Under the pieces are notes generated by a model. It worked only from the letters and a program-made list of their open reading frames with translations. It had not been told where the DNA came from and did no database searches. From Vicugna vicugna (lineage: Eukaryota): a stretch of DNA of 64,000 nt. Shown here one piece after another: positions 1 through 11,992 of this stretch (its first letter is position 1; each line of letters begins with the position of its first letter). The stretch is taken from assembly GCA_013265495.1 (NCBI GenBank), contig MU058687.1, forward strand, positions 1,986,001 to 2,050,000. Direction: 5' to 3'. Made by a program: the position numbers and the translations under genes.

Positions 1-1765
1 AACTTGTTTTTCCAAGTATTGGCTGTCCATGAAATCTAGAAGTTTAAGAAATACAGTTCTAGAAGTTTAAAACCATTTTTTAAGGATTACTGGGGACACT
101 GGAAATGCTGTGAAGGGTATAGTGAGGTGTGTGCTGACTTGCCAGCCACGACCTTGCTCTCCACTTAGAGCATCTTCTCCTCTCACCTCCGCAGCCACGG
201 CAGGATAAAGGGCTGCAGCACAAGACCTGTGACGTCTGCCGTCTCAGTGTGGTGAACGGGGTGGGTGGATCCCGGTGTTCCTCTCTCTGACCTACATCTC
301 ATGGACAGGCGCCACCAGCTTGGAGGTTGATACTTCTCCCGGTCCCCCTCCACTTCTTTTCCATCATCACCCTTGAGTTGTCTTAGGAGAGAACAGGTTT
401 CTTAAAGCAGCAAGGTTACAGATTGCTCCTTTGCTCTCCACTTGCCCGACGTTATTCCACTCTGGATTTGGTTGAGGGAGCGAGTCTAGACTGTGCTTGT
501 ACAAAGTCACAGGTACCGGGGTGGGTTGCTTCTTGGAGTGCTGGGCATTTACACCTTCAGTGTTGTGCGTATTTCTGGTTACACACGTGCCGGATGGGTT
601 TTTTTTAACAAACTGAAAGGAGTTAAGAGAATGACAAAAACATAGATTTTGATTTATGATGAAAGTTGAAAGGAATGTTTGTTTTGGCTGAACTGCAGAA
701 AGTATAGGGGAACAGGGCATTTCTTTATAAGTGTCTGGGAGGTGTAGACCCGAGAGAGCTGATTTCGGATGACCCGACAGGATATAACTGAGATTAAGAG
801 GATGCCATCCAAGGTAGGAAAATCCAGGATGAGTTTTAAGAATGATTTTTGGGGCTGAAATCTGTTCTCTCTAGATTAGCCTCTTAACAGATTGCTGGCA
901 GCCCTGTCTCATGAGTCATTTGAAGTGGGCAGTTTGATGACTCTGTACTGAGATATGGGATATGGGTCTTTTTATTACAGGGTATGTGGGAATATTGGGG
1001 GAAGTGTGACACCACAGAGAAATTGCCAGACACTGTGGTTGTCCTTAATGTCACATTTATTTCTCAGTGAGTGGAGGAATTGTGGTTTCCTCCTCTTGGT
1101 TCAGGCAACTTTAAAGGATTCTCTCTCTTCAGCGAAGCTGGAATAGATAACAATTGGATCCCAGGGGGTGAAACTGTGCAGGGCAGTCCCAAATAAAAGG
1201 TTATACAGTGTTTACCACCCCCCCCAACTTCCTGTTGTCTCAACCCTGAGCATTAAAGCTTTTATTCCTCCAAAGGCTACATTTCATGACTATGTTCATT
1301 TCCAGTAAACAATATAGTATCCACTATCACCACCACTTACTAAATGTCCACTCTGTGTCCGAAATTGCCTCCAATGTTTACAATGGGTCTGTAAGAGGAC
1401 TCATGACCATTTTCGTTTTGTGCACGAGGAAAAGAGGCTTTGTGAAGGTGTGGCTGGCCCAAGGCTACATAGCTAGAAAGTGACAGCTCTAGAGTCTGAG
1501 CCCAGGACTGCCCATCCTTTTCCTCTCCTCCTCCCTCCCCTCCCCGTTAAACTATAGCTTCCCCCTTTACTTCTTTCTGGCAAACTCCACTTCCCTGCCA
1601 ACTATTAGTCACTCATTCTTCAAAGCTACTGCACTATTGGTTTGAGGAGCATATCTGTGTCCTGCAGTAAAGACACAGCTACTTTCTAAGTACAAAGATT
1701 TTTATTTCATTCAGTCTAACACAATTTGGCCCAGTGCTGACTCTGTTATAGTTTATTTTTGATAT

Positions 1766-2357
1766 TGTTGCAGAAAAAATGTGTTACAGCTCAGTGTTAC
1801 AGCTCAGTTGTGACATAAGCCATTTCCCGGGCAAGAGATCTAGCAGCACTTGGAGAGTTGGAGAACTCAGGTTTATTATGCCAGCAGGCATAGTTAACAC
1901 TCCAAGCTCTGGACCCCGTCTATAGGTTTACACAGGCTTTTATAGGCTGCCAGTTTACACTTTGCAACATCATATGCAAATAAGGTGTAAAAAAAGTTGA
2001 CTAATTAGGAACAAGCTTTGTAGAAATGGACCAATCAGGAGGGAGAGAAATAACCAATCAGGAGTGAGGGAAATGAACCAATCAGAAGTGAGAGAAATAA
2101 CCAATCAGGAATGAGCTCCATGCACATGAAGTACTACAAATGGACCAATCAGAAATTAGAGAAATGGACCAATCAGGAGTGAACGAAATAATCAGGAGTG
2201 AGCTCAGGGAACCAATAGAATTTTAGGGATAAGTAAGCCATTTCAGAGGCAAAAAGTGAGAGAGAGCCTCTGGGCCAGGGAACTGGATGGTGCTGGCAGG
2301 AGTGTAGTGGCCCTGCCTAGGGGTCCTGCTGGTCTTTTTACGGGGCTTCCCACCTCA
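1766..2357 (-). mobile_element. ERV1-type solo LTR (~592 bp), antisense to IFT43
   Basis: TG...CA ends; 4-bp TSD ATAT at 1762-1765 and 2358-2361; minus-strand TATAAAA (1938-1944) followed by AATAAA (1872-1877); U3 carries a CCAAT repeat array. Confidence 0.85.
2021..2220. repeat. Degenerate 23-24 bp tandem repeat (GAGAAATGGACCAATCAGGAGT-like) inside the LTR U3
   Basis: CCAAT at 2031, 2054, 2078, 2101, 2145, 2169 and 2212, plus one degenerate copy near 2188. Confidence 0.9.
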
Positions 2358-2492
2358 ATATCACTTTTTAATCCCGACTTTACCGTTAACCCTCCCCTCG
2401 GCTTGCCTCACTAGAGGTAAGGGTTAGACCAAGCCTCTTGCTGGTTCTCCTGTCTCACTGGACATATTTGTATTATCAGTAGATACAGATTA

Positions 2493-2710
2493 CAGTTGTG
2501 CTGCATTATCCACAGGGGATTGGTTCCAGGACCCCTTGTGGCTACTAAAATCTGCAGATGCTCAAGTCCCATAGTTGACCCTTCGTATCTGTGGTTCCTC
2601 ATTCGTGGATTCCACCAACCATGGATCATGAAGTACTGGATTTACTGAAAAAAAATCTGCACATAAGTGGACCTGTGCAGTTCAAACCTGTGTAGTTCAA
2701 GGGTCGACTG
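2493..2710. mobile_element. TcMar-Tigger MITE (MER2-like left part joined to a MER8/Tigger2-like part)
   Basis: TA flanks at 2491-2492 and 2711-2712; CAGTTG...CGACTG ends; GGGGATTGGTTCCAGGACCCC and AAGTGGACC..CAGTTCAAACC..GTTCAAGGGTC motifs. Confidence 0.75.
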
Positions 2711-2924
2711 TACTTTGTACCCGTAAGATAAATGAAGGAGATGGTCCTTCTGGTTTGGTCTTCCCAGGTCTTATCCTTGTCATCAGTCTAGTCTCTCTTG
2801 TTCTTGGGCACTTTGTTCAGCCCAGACAGATTCTTTCTGTAGCTGCTGTGTCCTTTCAAGCCTGTTCTGGCTGGCATGCACCTGGTGTTCAGGAAATCAT
2901 ATTTCATAATATATCCACAGTGCA

Positions 2925-3135
2925 AAGTTTCGGTATCAGAAACCAAACTGGATGTGAATCCTTGCTCCATTTCTTACCAGTAGGATGATTTTAGGTGAGT
3001 TAATCTCAGTATCCTAATGGGTAAACTTGTTATGTAGTAGTGGACACTTCACTGGTTCGTGGGGGTTCTGCAAAGTAACCCTCCTAAAGCTTTGGTGTAT
3101 AGTAAACACTCGATAAGTGATGGCTGCTATTATAA
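2925..3135 (+). mobile_element. MIR SINE remnant
   Basis: Degenerate MIR core (gtgaatccttgctccatttcttaccag...) and tail (agtaaacactcgataagtgatggctgctatta). Confidence 0.55.
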
Positions 3136-3486
3136 CTATTAGCTATACGTAGTTAAGAAGTTCTTTCTCATTTCCTAGGTTGGCTTATTCACCATTAATC
3201 AAGCCTTTATGTTTATATATTCTCATTTCTTTCTGTAGCCTTGTCCTCTCTTTTTTCATCCCCATCCCCTTCCTACAGGTTCCAATTGATGGTAAACATT
3301 CCATGTCATCATTTACATCTTTTTGCCTAGATACCCTCTCCCTGAATTGAAAATACAATTCATAGACTCAAAGAATCACAAAATTGTAGAACTGGGAGGA
3401 ATCACCTCTACTATGAGCTAAAATCCAGAATGATGAAACCAGTTAGTGGTAGATTCAGGACTAGAACCCAGATTAGAAGCAATGTA

Positions 3487-3638
3487 GTATCGTCTAGGAA
3501 CTATACTCAGTATCTTGTAGTAACCTCTAATGAAAAAGGCTATGAAACCAAATACACATATGTACATGTATGACTGAAACATTGTGCTGTACACCAGAAA
3601 TTGACACAACATTGTAAGCTGACTGTACTTCAATTAAA
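3487..3638 (+). mobile_element. Short L1 3' end (artiodactyl/camelid type)
   Basis: ggaactatactcagtatcttgtagtaacct...gctgtacaccagaaattgacacaacattgtaagctgactgtacttcaattaaa is a typical L1 3' UTR terminus. Confidence 0.8.
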
Positions 3639-3659
3639 GAAGTATTTATTTCCCCCAAT

Positions 3660-4290
3660 TTTTTTCAGAATGTCTTTTACAGCTATTTTTTCAAACCATG
3701 ATTCAATCAAGAACCACTCCACTAAGTTTCTCTCTTTTAAGTCTCTTTTAGTTTGGAACAGTCCTCTACCCACTACCTTTGCCTTTTTAATAGTGTTAAC
3801 TTTTTGAAGAGTTTGGGCCATTTATTCTTGGCGTTTCCCTTGTGCTGGATTTTTCTGATTCTTTCTTCCTGCTGTCACTGAACTTCTTACCTGCTTTGCA
3901 GTAAGCTAGAAATCAGGTTGGAGGGCTGGATTAGATTCCAGCTGAATGTCTGTGGCAGTCATTTTTCCTGGGTGGCATCGTGTGCTTCAGTAGCAGCATG
4001 TCATGTCCCCACTGTTCATGTGCTAAGTTTGATCACTAGGTTAGGGTGGTGATAGATGTCTCTGTTGTTGAAGAACATTTTCTCCCTCACACTTGACCTG
4101 TCGTGTGGGGCGAGTCCCTGGCGCCAGGGGAATGTCTGATTCCCTGTCAGTCAATCTTCTACCTAATAGCTTTAGCATCTATTGATGATCAGTTTTCTTT
4201 TGTTATACTTACAATAGATTTTGCATTTTGTTATATCCATTTCAGCTTGAAAGGGCTATATTTACTCATAGGGGTTCAGTTATAAGCTTT
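3660..4290 (-). mobile_element. Old L1M (L1MC-like) 3' UTR fragment
   Basis: Degenerate L1MC-type motifs (actttttgaagagtttgggcca...ctggatttttctgattctttc; gctaagtttgatcactaggttaggg). Confidence 0.5.
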
Positions 4291-7200
4291 GATGGTCTAT
4301 TACCTGCCACGACCTTAAATCCATGAGGGGAAAGGTCTGTGATGAATTAGTTGTCAGACCAGGGTTGAGGCTGGAGGAGGAAGTTGGCAGAGATGGAACT
4401 GTGCGTGGTGGACAGATTTGAGGAACAAACGCCAGCCCCTGCGGCGTATGCACGTATAAATAAGTGTTAGTCTTCTCTCTCATCAAGCATGTAAGAGCGA
4501 CTTTCCTGGATCTTCTCTCAGGTGGCTGGAGAAAGGAAAGGAAGTTTGTTTTTAGCCAGTAATTGAGGGTTGGACATAAGAGGTGTATTGCCCCTAGAAG
4601 CTAGAAGATGGGTAGATGTGAGGTGTGCAATGAACCTGGCTTAACTGAATGTCTTTTCTGTTAGAAATTCGTGTGTGTGTTTGGACTGGCTTTTTGAAGC
4701 AGGCTGCAGTTTGGATTTTGGACTGATTCACATTGTGGGGTTTCTCCAGGACTTTTGAGAGTGTGTGAGAAGTTTCTAAACTCGAAAGGCTCCTTTTTTG
4801 GCACTGCAGTGTCTTTTCTATTTCGGCATCTTAAGAATCTGGGGGAACCATATAAAGATCAGAAACAAGTCTAGCCCTAAAGGCTCCCTCTGACTTGGTA
4901 ATTCCAGTTAGTTGAATCCTGGCCCATTCGGATGAGACCATATAAAGCGGCCGTTTCCTGAATTTCCTGCTCTCTGCCTCTCATCGGCTCCTTGTAGAAA
5001 GCTGGTATTTCAGGACCGCAACCACCAGTCACGTGCTTCCAACTCTTTACTCGCAGTCATTCCTGCCCCTGTTTATTTTTGGAGAGAGCACATTTTTGCT
5101 TCTCTCCAGGAGCTATGCGGGGTCCTGCCCCCTCCGTCCATCAGGCGGCAGCCCCGGCAGGCTGTGCTTGTTTCCCACACTCGGAGACGTGACTCCAGCT
5201 TTTAAGAGAGAACACAAGGGATGCACTGCTGAAGGGCTACCGTCACTCAGTCCTATTTCTGTCCCTCCTGGTGTTGCATGTTTTAAGACTCTCTCTCTCT
5301 CTCTCTTTTTTTTTATTTAAAAGCAAGTTTGGGTATCGTTACCTGGCAGTAAGTCTGCCAAAGTTGGAAATCATTTTCCCAGCAGATGTCTTGGGGCTGT
5401 GCCTCTGAATTTCAGAAGCAGAGCAATTTAAAGAATAAACCAGGACTTTTGAATCCTAGGTCTGGGTCTTCTCTTCTTTCCGGCTTTTAAGTTCATTTGA
5501 GCTCTACTCTGTCTCACCCATCCAGTTTTCCTTTTTTTTTTTTTTATCCCCTCCTTCCTAACATAGGAAACAGATTTCTTCCAAAGTCATAACTCAGACA
5601 GATGGTAATGTCGTCCCAAGTGCTTGGCCAAGGAGGATTCTGGAGTTGGTGGGCTCTGGGGAAAAAAAAATGCCACAACTGTCTTAAATTAAGTTTCTAA
5701 TTTCGAGGATGGAGCAAAAGTAAATCCCTTCCTCTTTAAATGCCCAGGCCATTACACAGACAGCTCAGACACACGAGATCTGAGAAATAATAAATCATAC
5801 ATCTGTGTCTCCTACCCAGACCTGGTGGGCGGAGAGGGAGGGGCCCTCGCCCAGATGGAGGGGTCTGTACTGAGGGGTGACAGCTTCTCACCACTCCCTG
5901 TGAGGACTGGGCTCTGACAGTGAGCTGGGGAGGGCATTCAGGCTCCTCGAGTCCCCCAGCATCTGATCTGCCACCAGGGGCAGAGAGAGCACAGCAGTAC
6001 TGGCAGCTGGTCCTAAAAGGAGCAACAATAGTGTCTTGGTCTAGAGTGTGGCCCATGTTTCAGATTGCCCTGGGGAGAGAGCCACTGGGCTCCTTTTGAA
6101 GCAGTGTGAACTTGGGGTCTAGGTGATGTCGTCACAGCTCTTGGGGAGAGCAGCCGGGCATTCAGGGGCTGCTGGACTGTTGATGCAGAAGAACCCATCA
6201 GGCCTTTTAAATCACATTGCTAAAAGCCAGCCACCCACTTAGGTTTCAAACAGATTGTTTGCACCTAATTGCTGTTAGCTACTCCCTTATAATCAGGTTG
6301 CACCTACTTTCTCTTCCAGCCTGCATTGTAGAGTAACAAGTGCTGAGGGCCTTGGACCCCCTGCCAATGCAGTGATCAGTGAACTACCAGCATTTGCTGC
6401 AGCCCGAGTGTCATGTGCTATCCTGGTATCACTGCACCTTGTATCTGGCTGCTTCTGGAATGCTTTCCTTTTCATTTCTGCTTACCTTTCCAATCCAGGG
6501 CAAGCCCCACTTACTCCGTAAAGTCTCCTTGTCAGTCTCCTTGTTCTCAGAACTTCCCAAGTTGGTACAGTTCTGTGTAGCTCCAGTCATGTCTTGCAAG
6601 CTTATGCATGCTTGTCAGAGCACTGTCTGAATGATGCCCCCAGGAGAATGTGACGCAATAAAAACTACCAAAGGTGGCAAGAACACTGCAAAATTTTATG
6701 GAACTACCCCATGGCTGAGGGATTTCTCAGCTTCACCTTTAGACCCTGCATGCCTCCCTAGAAGGGCTCTAGGAAGCTTCATCCCTGATGCCCATCTCCC
6801 ACCTCTAATGTGGCCTTTTAAGTTTCAGATTAAGCCTCATGTCTAATCATAGATTTCGTGTGCACCTGATATACCCTGAATTCTGCCTCTTTCCGGCCCC
6901 ATTGGATTGGGGTATCATTTCAAGACAGGAATGATATCTCTGCTTTTTCTAACTCGCCTGTTGTGTATAGGATAGTGCCTAGACCTCCACATAGGAGCAA
7001 AGTTGAATTCTGGGGAGGAGCCTTTATAACTTGGTAATAGTTGTTAATTGCGTCTGTCTCATGGAGACAGGGTACTCATGTGTGGCCATAACCAGACTCA
7101 TGGTAGGGAGTATTTACCAAAAAAAGAATTTCTTATCCTTGGTCTCAGAGTACTAAATCATGAACATCAAGAGAGACCACATCCCACTAAATGCCCAGGC

Positions 7201-8634
7201 CCTGCCTTGCAAAGAGCTAAGTTCTGCCTGCCTCCGTCTCCCAGCCTCCTCGTGTTCTCTCCTGAAGTCGGCCAAGACTCCCAGTGGGGAGCAGGGAAGG
7301 TGACTATAACCCTACCCCATTTTGTGCAGAGAAGTTCTTCGTAACTCTTCCTCTCCAAGGTGATCTTGAGGAAAATCAGCTTACACAGTTTTTTACGTTA
7401 TGTAAACTCCTGAAGTCTCTAGTCATTTGTGCAAAAGCCCCTTTGATTTGGGGACTAGTTGTTCACTTCTGGCTGCGGAGGGGTGGCTCTCATGCGGCGA
7501 TCTTTCTGTTTTGAAGGTGCTCTCCGAATTCAGCAGCTGGTACTGTTCCATAATGGGAAGAACACACGAGAAAACATGTCTTTGGGTCACTCTAAGTAGA
7601 AAGGATTCTCACTCATCCTCCCGACAACTCTGACTTCCTGGAGTTTGTGGTTGAAGAAGATAAAGCGGGTCATCTGGAGTCCTAGAATCTTAAGGAACTT
7701 TATTAACCATATGATGCATTAGTAGTTAAAGCGACAGCTCAGACCAGACTCAGAGGAGTCTTTTTCCCTGCCTTTCCCCAAATGGTTTAGTAGATTTTAT
7801 TACACATGGTCTGCCCTGTCATGTATTGACATTAGTAATGATGATGATGGTAACAGTAAAGCTGTAGTTCTTATTAGTGCCAGGCACTGCTCTAAGCCTT
7901 ACTGTATAGTCATTAATGTCATCCCGCAGCTGTTTGGTGGCTACTCCAAGGAGTGCGTTTTCACCAGGTTTATGTTACATATGTTCCTTTTCCGTGCTGC
8001 CTGACCTCTCACAATCCCTCCCCAGTTCAGCCTCTGCTCCTCCTGTCCCCATTGTCACCCACAAGCATGGGCAGAAAACAGGTGCATCAGGAGACACAGG
8101 TTGAGGAACTTGCCAAGGCCACCAGGCCCCTTCCCTTCTTCCTGTGGATGCTCAGTGGGAGGCACCAAGTAGACCTGGGCCTCCTGACACTGTGGCACTG
8201 TGGATTTCACTTGAGTTCATTCTGTCCTTCTTGACACCCAGAGCAAAGAGAAGGAAGCACAGAACCCCAGCTCTGGGAATCCAGTTTAGGACCACACACC
8301 CAGATGCCCACAGGGGCCAGGCTGGGAGCCTCGGTGAATGAAGTAGGTCTAGGGGTAAGACTCAGGCACCCCTGCAGTCTGCACACTGACTTAGGAAAAG
8401 ATCACACTGCCAGCCCAGAACATGCTTGTTCCCATTTTTCTCAAAACACCCGACATAGCTTTCATTTTCCCCTGCCAGTAGACATGGGAACCGAGAGAGG
8501 ATTCTGTCCTGGAGGAGAAACAACAGCACAGTTGCAGTCATAATAGATGTCAGCTGGCCCTTGACTTCAGCAGGGAGGAGACAGAAAGGGCGGGTGGGGA
8601 CTGCGGCAAACTGGAAGGCACTTGTCCAGTCTCC

Positions 8635-8812
8635 AGAGGGCAGTTGCTACTTTGCCCAGCATTACTGGAGCTTCCAGTTTTCCAAGAGAAGCCGGAAACT
8701 ACTGTTTTGTGTGGAAATCTTAACAATTTTTTAAATGGTAGTTTAGATAAAAACAGACAAAAACCACACTATGGCCAAACCAAACATGCGGTTACTAGTT
8801 TATGACCTCCAG
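8635..8812. mobile_element. hAT-Charlie MER102-like fragment
   Basis: ttccagttttccaagagaagccggaaact...ggccaaaccaaac...agtttatgacctcc resembles the MER102 end as recalled. Confidence 0.55.
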
Positions 8813-9782
8813 GTTCAGGAATGCACATTGTCACACGATGGTCCTATTCTCAGATAAAGAAAAATGGCATGTTGTCTGCAAAATCCTAGGGAAGACAGCT
8901 GTGGGCCAGATTGGTTGAAAACATCCTGGAGGTGGCCTGATATGGTTCAGTTCCGTTCTCTTGTACATTTGCAGTGCCTTCCTCACGGTAAGAGCTTGTC
9001 AAGAGACAAAGTTCTTGGGCTCAGCTTATATACAACTTTGACTCATAGAAGTTTGGAGTTACTCTGATTCCAGCTGGTCCTTATAGTTCCGACACTCAGT
9101 GCTGTCTGAAAAGCCTAACCTCTGGGCTTCAATTCCAGATTCCAGAGACAGAGAACTCAATTAATTCTGACTAGGTCAGACTCTTGCACCCCTGGTTCAG
9201 TCAACTGTGTCTAAGGGAAGAGGGGTCATGGGATGTAAGGCTTCCCCATCCAGCCTGGGGACGGGTGAGTGTGGGTGGCCGGGACACCAATAAAGGATGT
9301 GTGGACTGGGCATTGATGGTGGGGGTCTCTTAGTACATCTTCTTTGAACCCCACCTCAGGAGTGACAAGCAGTAGCTCGTTTTCTCATGTTTTTGTCGTG
9401 TTTGAGACGTTGAGAGCCCCCGAATAGCTCCATTACCTGCCTCTAGTGTAGAAAGCTCAAGTTTCTTTTCTCTAAAGTATTATTTAGGCTTCCCAGGAGC
9501 TAAGTTGGATGCAGGCTTTCCAGGACTTGACTGCTTTTACATCAGGCCTTCCCAGCAGGTTCTGCCTCACCCTGCAGAAAGGTCCGGTATGGTATCTAGA
9601 CAGAGCACATCCTTGGCAGGCTGGGGTGCTACTGGAGAAGCAGGAAAGGAAACGTATCTTGGTGTAAAATAAAAATATTAAAAGTTAAAAGGTATTTCGG
9701 CATGTTGAAGGAATGTTTTCCTAAAAAACTGCAAGTTAAGTTTTAAGCAACAGTTTCAAAGGACATCGCAGTGATTTTAGCC

Positions 9783-9980
9783 CAGGAGTCTGCAGACCAC
9801 ATACTTCCCGCCAAATCTGGCCCGCTGCTTGTTTTTGTAGAGTTTTATTGGAATACATTACACCCAGGTGTTTATTTCTTGTCGTGGCTGTTTATTGCCC
9901 TGCAGCATCAGAGGTGAGTAGTTGCAAAGTTAAGAATATTTACCACCTAGCCCTTTGTAGAAAAAGTTTGCCAACCTGTG
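9783..9980. mobile_element. hAT-Charlie MER58A-like MITE
   Basis: gccaaatctggcccgctgcttgtttttgta..gttttattggaa...ccctttgtagaaaaagtttgccaacc. Confidence 0.75.
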
Positions 9981-10111
9981 TTTTAGTCCATTTATCTAAG
10001 GATCTCCTCAGACTGAGAACAACAGTTACGATTATGTGATGTTCTTGGAAAAAGAAAGTTGGTGCTTCAAAAAACAGCCCTAGATGAATGCGAGGTAATT
10101 CAGAATAGGAA

Positions 10112-10302
10112 ATGTGTCTTCATTGGAGAAATATTTAGGTCTTCTTTCCACTTTTGGATTGGGTTGTTTGTTTTTTTTGTTTTTGAGTTGTATGAGCTAT
10201 TTGTATATTCTGGAAATTAAGTCCTTGTCAGTCACATCGTTTGCAAATATTTTCTACCGTTCTGTGGGTTATCTTTTCATTTTGTTTATAGTTTCCTTTG
10301 CT
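10112..10302 (-). mobile_element. Isolated internal L1 ORF2 fragment
   Basis: Clearly similar to 13805-14012 of the larger L1 in this window (ttgagttgtatgagct..ttat..tcagtca.atc.tttgca.atattttct...gtttcctttgct); no poly(A) tail and no visible TSD. Confidence 0.8.
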
Positions 10303-11072
10303 TGCACTTGGGTTTCTGGATGTATCCATTACAAGTGAATGCTTCCTGCCCAAATAACTTGAGCAGATTTTTAACTCACCAATTCGGTTTGTATCTTTTA
10401 AGCAAGCCTCTCTCTTCTGTTTTTATTTTATGATTTTTCTGTTTATAAAAGTAATATAAGTCGACTGTAAAAAGAACTAGAAAATGCACAACAGCATAAA
10501 GAAGGAAAAATAAATTGCCATAATTCTATCACTGGATTGCCTCTCATTCATGTACTTACCGCTAATTAACACTAGATGTGATATATTAATAATCTCACAA
10601 AATCAGAAGCCTATGCATACTGTTTTGCAACAGTGTTTTAAAAAAGTTAATGTATATTGAGCTTTCTTATATCAAGTATTCTCTTTTAACATAGTTTTTC
10701 ATTATTGCATAGTATTTTCACATATGTATCTCATGATTTACTTAATCCCTTATTGCTATCCACTTTGGTTATTTCCAGTTACTCACTATTCAAAAATGAC
10801 ATTATGTTTCTCTCTGATTATTTCCTTGGGATAAATTCCTAGGATTAGAATTGCTGGCTCAAAAAGCATGAGCATTTCTAAGGCTTTCAGTGGACGGTAC
10901 CAAACTGCCCTCCAGGAGGGTCTGAGAGCACCCAGATTCTCATCAGACTGTATTTTTATTCAGAAGATTTTGACAGGTTGAAGGTTGGCTTTGGTGACCT
11001 TAATCTCAGCCACTGTTTGCTCGAATGCTGATGTTGAGTGACTGTGTTTTGTTGGCTTCTCTTTCGTTGCAG

Positions 11073-11137
11073 GCTCCCCCTCCCAAACTACCCTGTCGGC
11101 AAGGAGGATGGGCAGATGATTCCATGAAGACTTCCAA
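11073..11137 (+). CDS. IFT43: IFT43 coding exon (human exon 3 equivalent), 65 nt, APPPKLPCRQGGWADDSMKTS(K)
   Basis: Pyrimidine tract plus ttgcAG acceptor, donor AA|GTGAGT; peptide contains the RQGGWA motif of IFT43; phase 0 start and phase 2 end fit the next exon. Confidence 0.93.
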
Positions 11138-11189
11138 GTGAGTCCAGCAGCTCATGGGGGCGCAGGGAGCACTTTGTTCCTGTGTTCTT

Positions 11190-11885
11190 TTATTTTTCCT
11201 AACAGCTTTATTGAGATGTAATATGTATACCTTACAATTCAGCCATTTGAGATGTGCAGTTCAGTCATTCTCAGTATATTCAGAGTTGAGCTGTCATCAC
11301 CACAGTCACTTTTAGAACATTTTTATCACTCCCCTAAAGAAACCTCATACCCATTAGCAGTCACTGCCTGTGTCCCCCCCACCTCCCCAGCCCTAGGCAA
11401 CCACCAGTCTGTTTTCTGTCTCTGTAATTTGCCTATCCTGGACATTTCATATAAATGGAATCATATTGTTAAAAAATTTTATTGAAGTATAGTTGATTTA
11501 CAATGTTGTGTTAATTTCAGGTATATAGCAAAGTGTTATATATATACCTATATATATAGATATATATTCATTTTCAGATTCTTTTCCATTAGAGATTATT
11601 ACAAGATATTGAATATAGTTCCCTGTGCTATATAGTAGGTTCTTGTTGCTTATCTGTTTTATATATAGTAGTGTGTATCTGTTAATCCCAAACTCCTAAT
11701 TTATCCCTCCCCCTCTTCCCCTTTGGTAACCATAAGATTGTTTTCTATGTCTGTGAGTCTCTTTCTGTTTTGTCAATAAGTTCAGTTTTATCATTTTTTT
11801 AGAGAATCATATATTATGTGGTCCTTTATGACTGGCTTCTTTCACTTGGCATAATATTTTCAAAGTTCATCCATATTATAACATT
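11190..11885 (-). mobile_element. L1MB-like 3' end, split by a younger L1 insertion
   Basis: aacagctttattgagat...tttagaacatttttatcac...ggacatttcatataaatggaatcata; the sequence resumes at 11813 (attatgtggtcctttatgactggcttctttcactt). Confidence 0.75.
11467..11803 (-). mobile_element. Younger L1 3' end nested in L1MB
   Basis: tttattgaagtatagttgatttacaatgttgtg...agttccctgtgctata; duplicated GAATCATAT at 11458-11466 and 11804-11812. Confidence 0.8.
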
Positions 11886-11992
11886 CTGTGTTCTTCTTAA
11901 AGTAAGTTTCTGTTACCTGTTAATAACTGCTGGATTACAAATCATTTTGGTCTTTAATCTCTTGTACTAAATCTTAGATGAAAGGTAAACCA

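Noticed and set aside
35..70. 13-bp direct repeat TCTAGAAGTTTAA
   Set aside because: A small local duplication at the window edge with no context to interpret.
2021..2220. Regularly spaced repeats resembling a CRISPR array
   Set aside because: The units are degenerate tandem copies without unique spacers, lie inside an LTR in mammalian DNA, and have no cas genes nearby.
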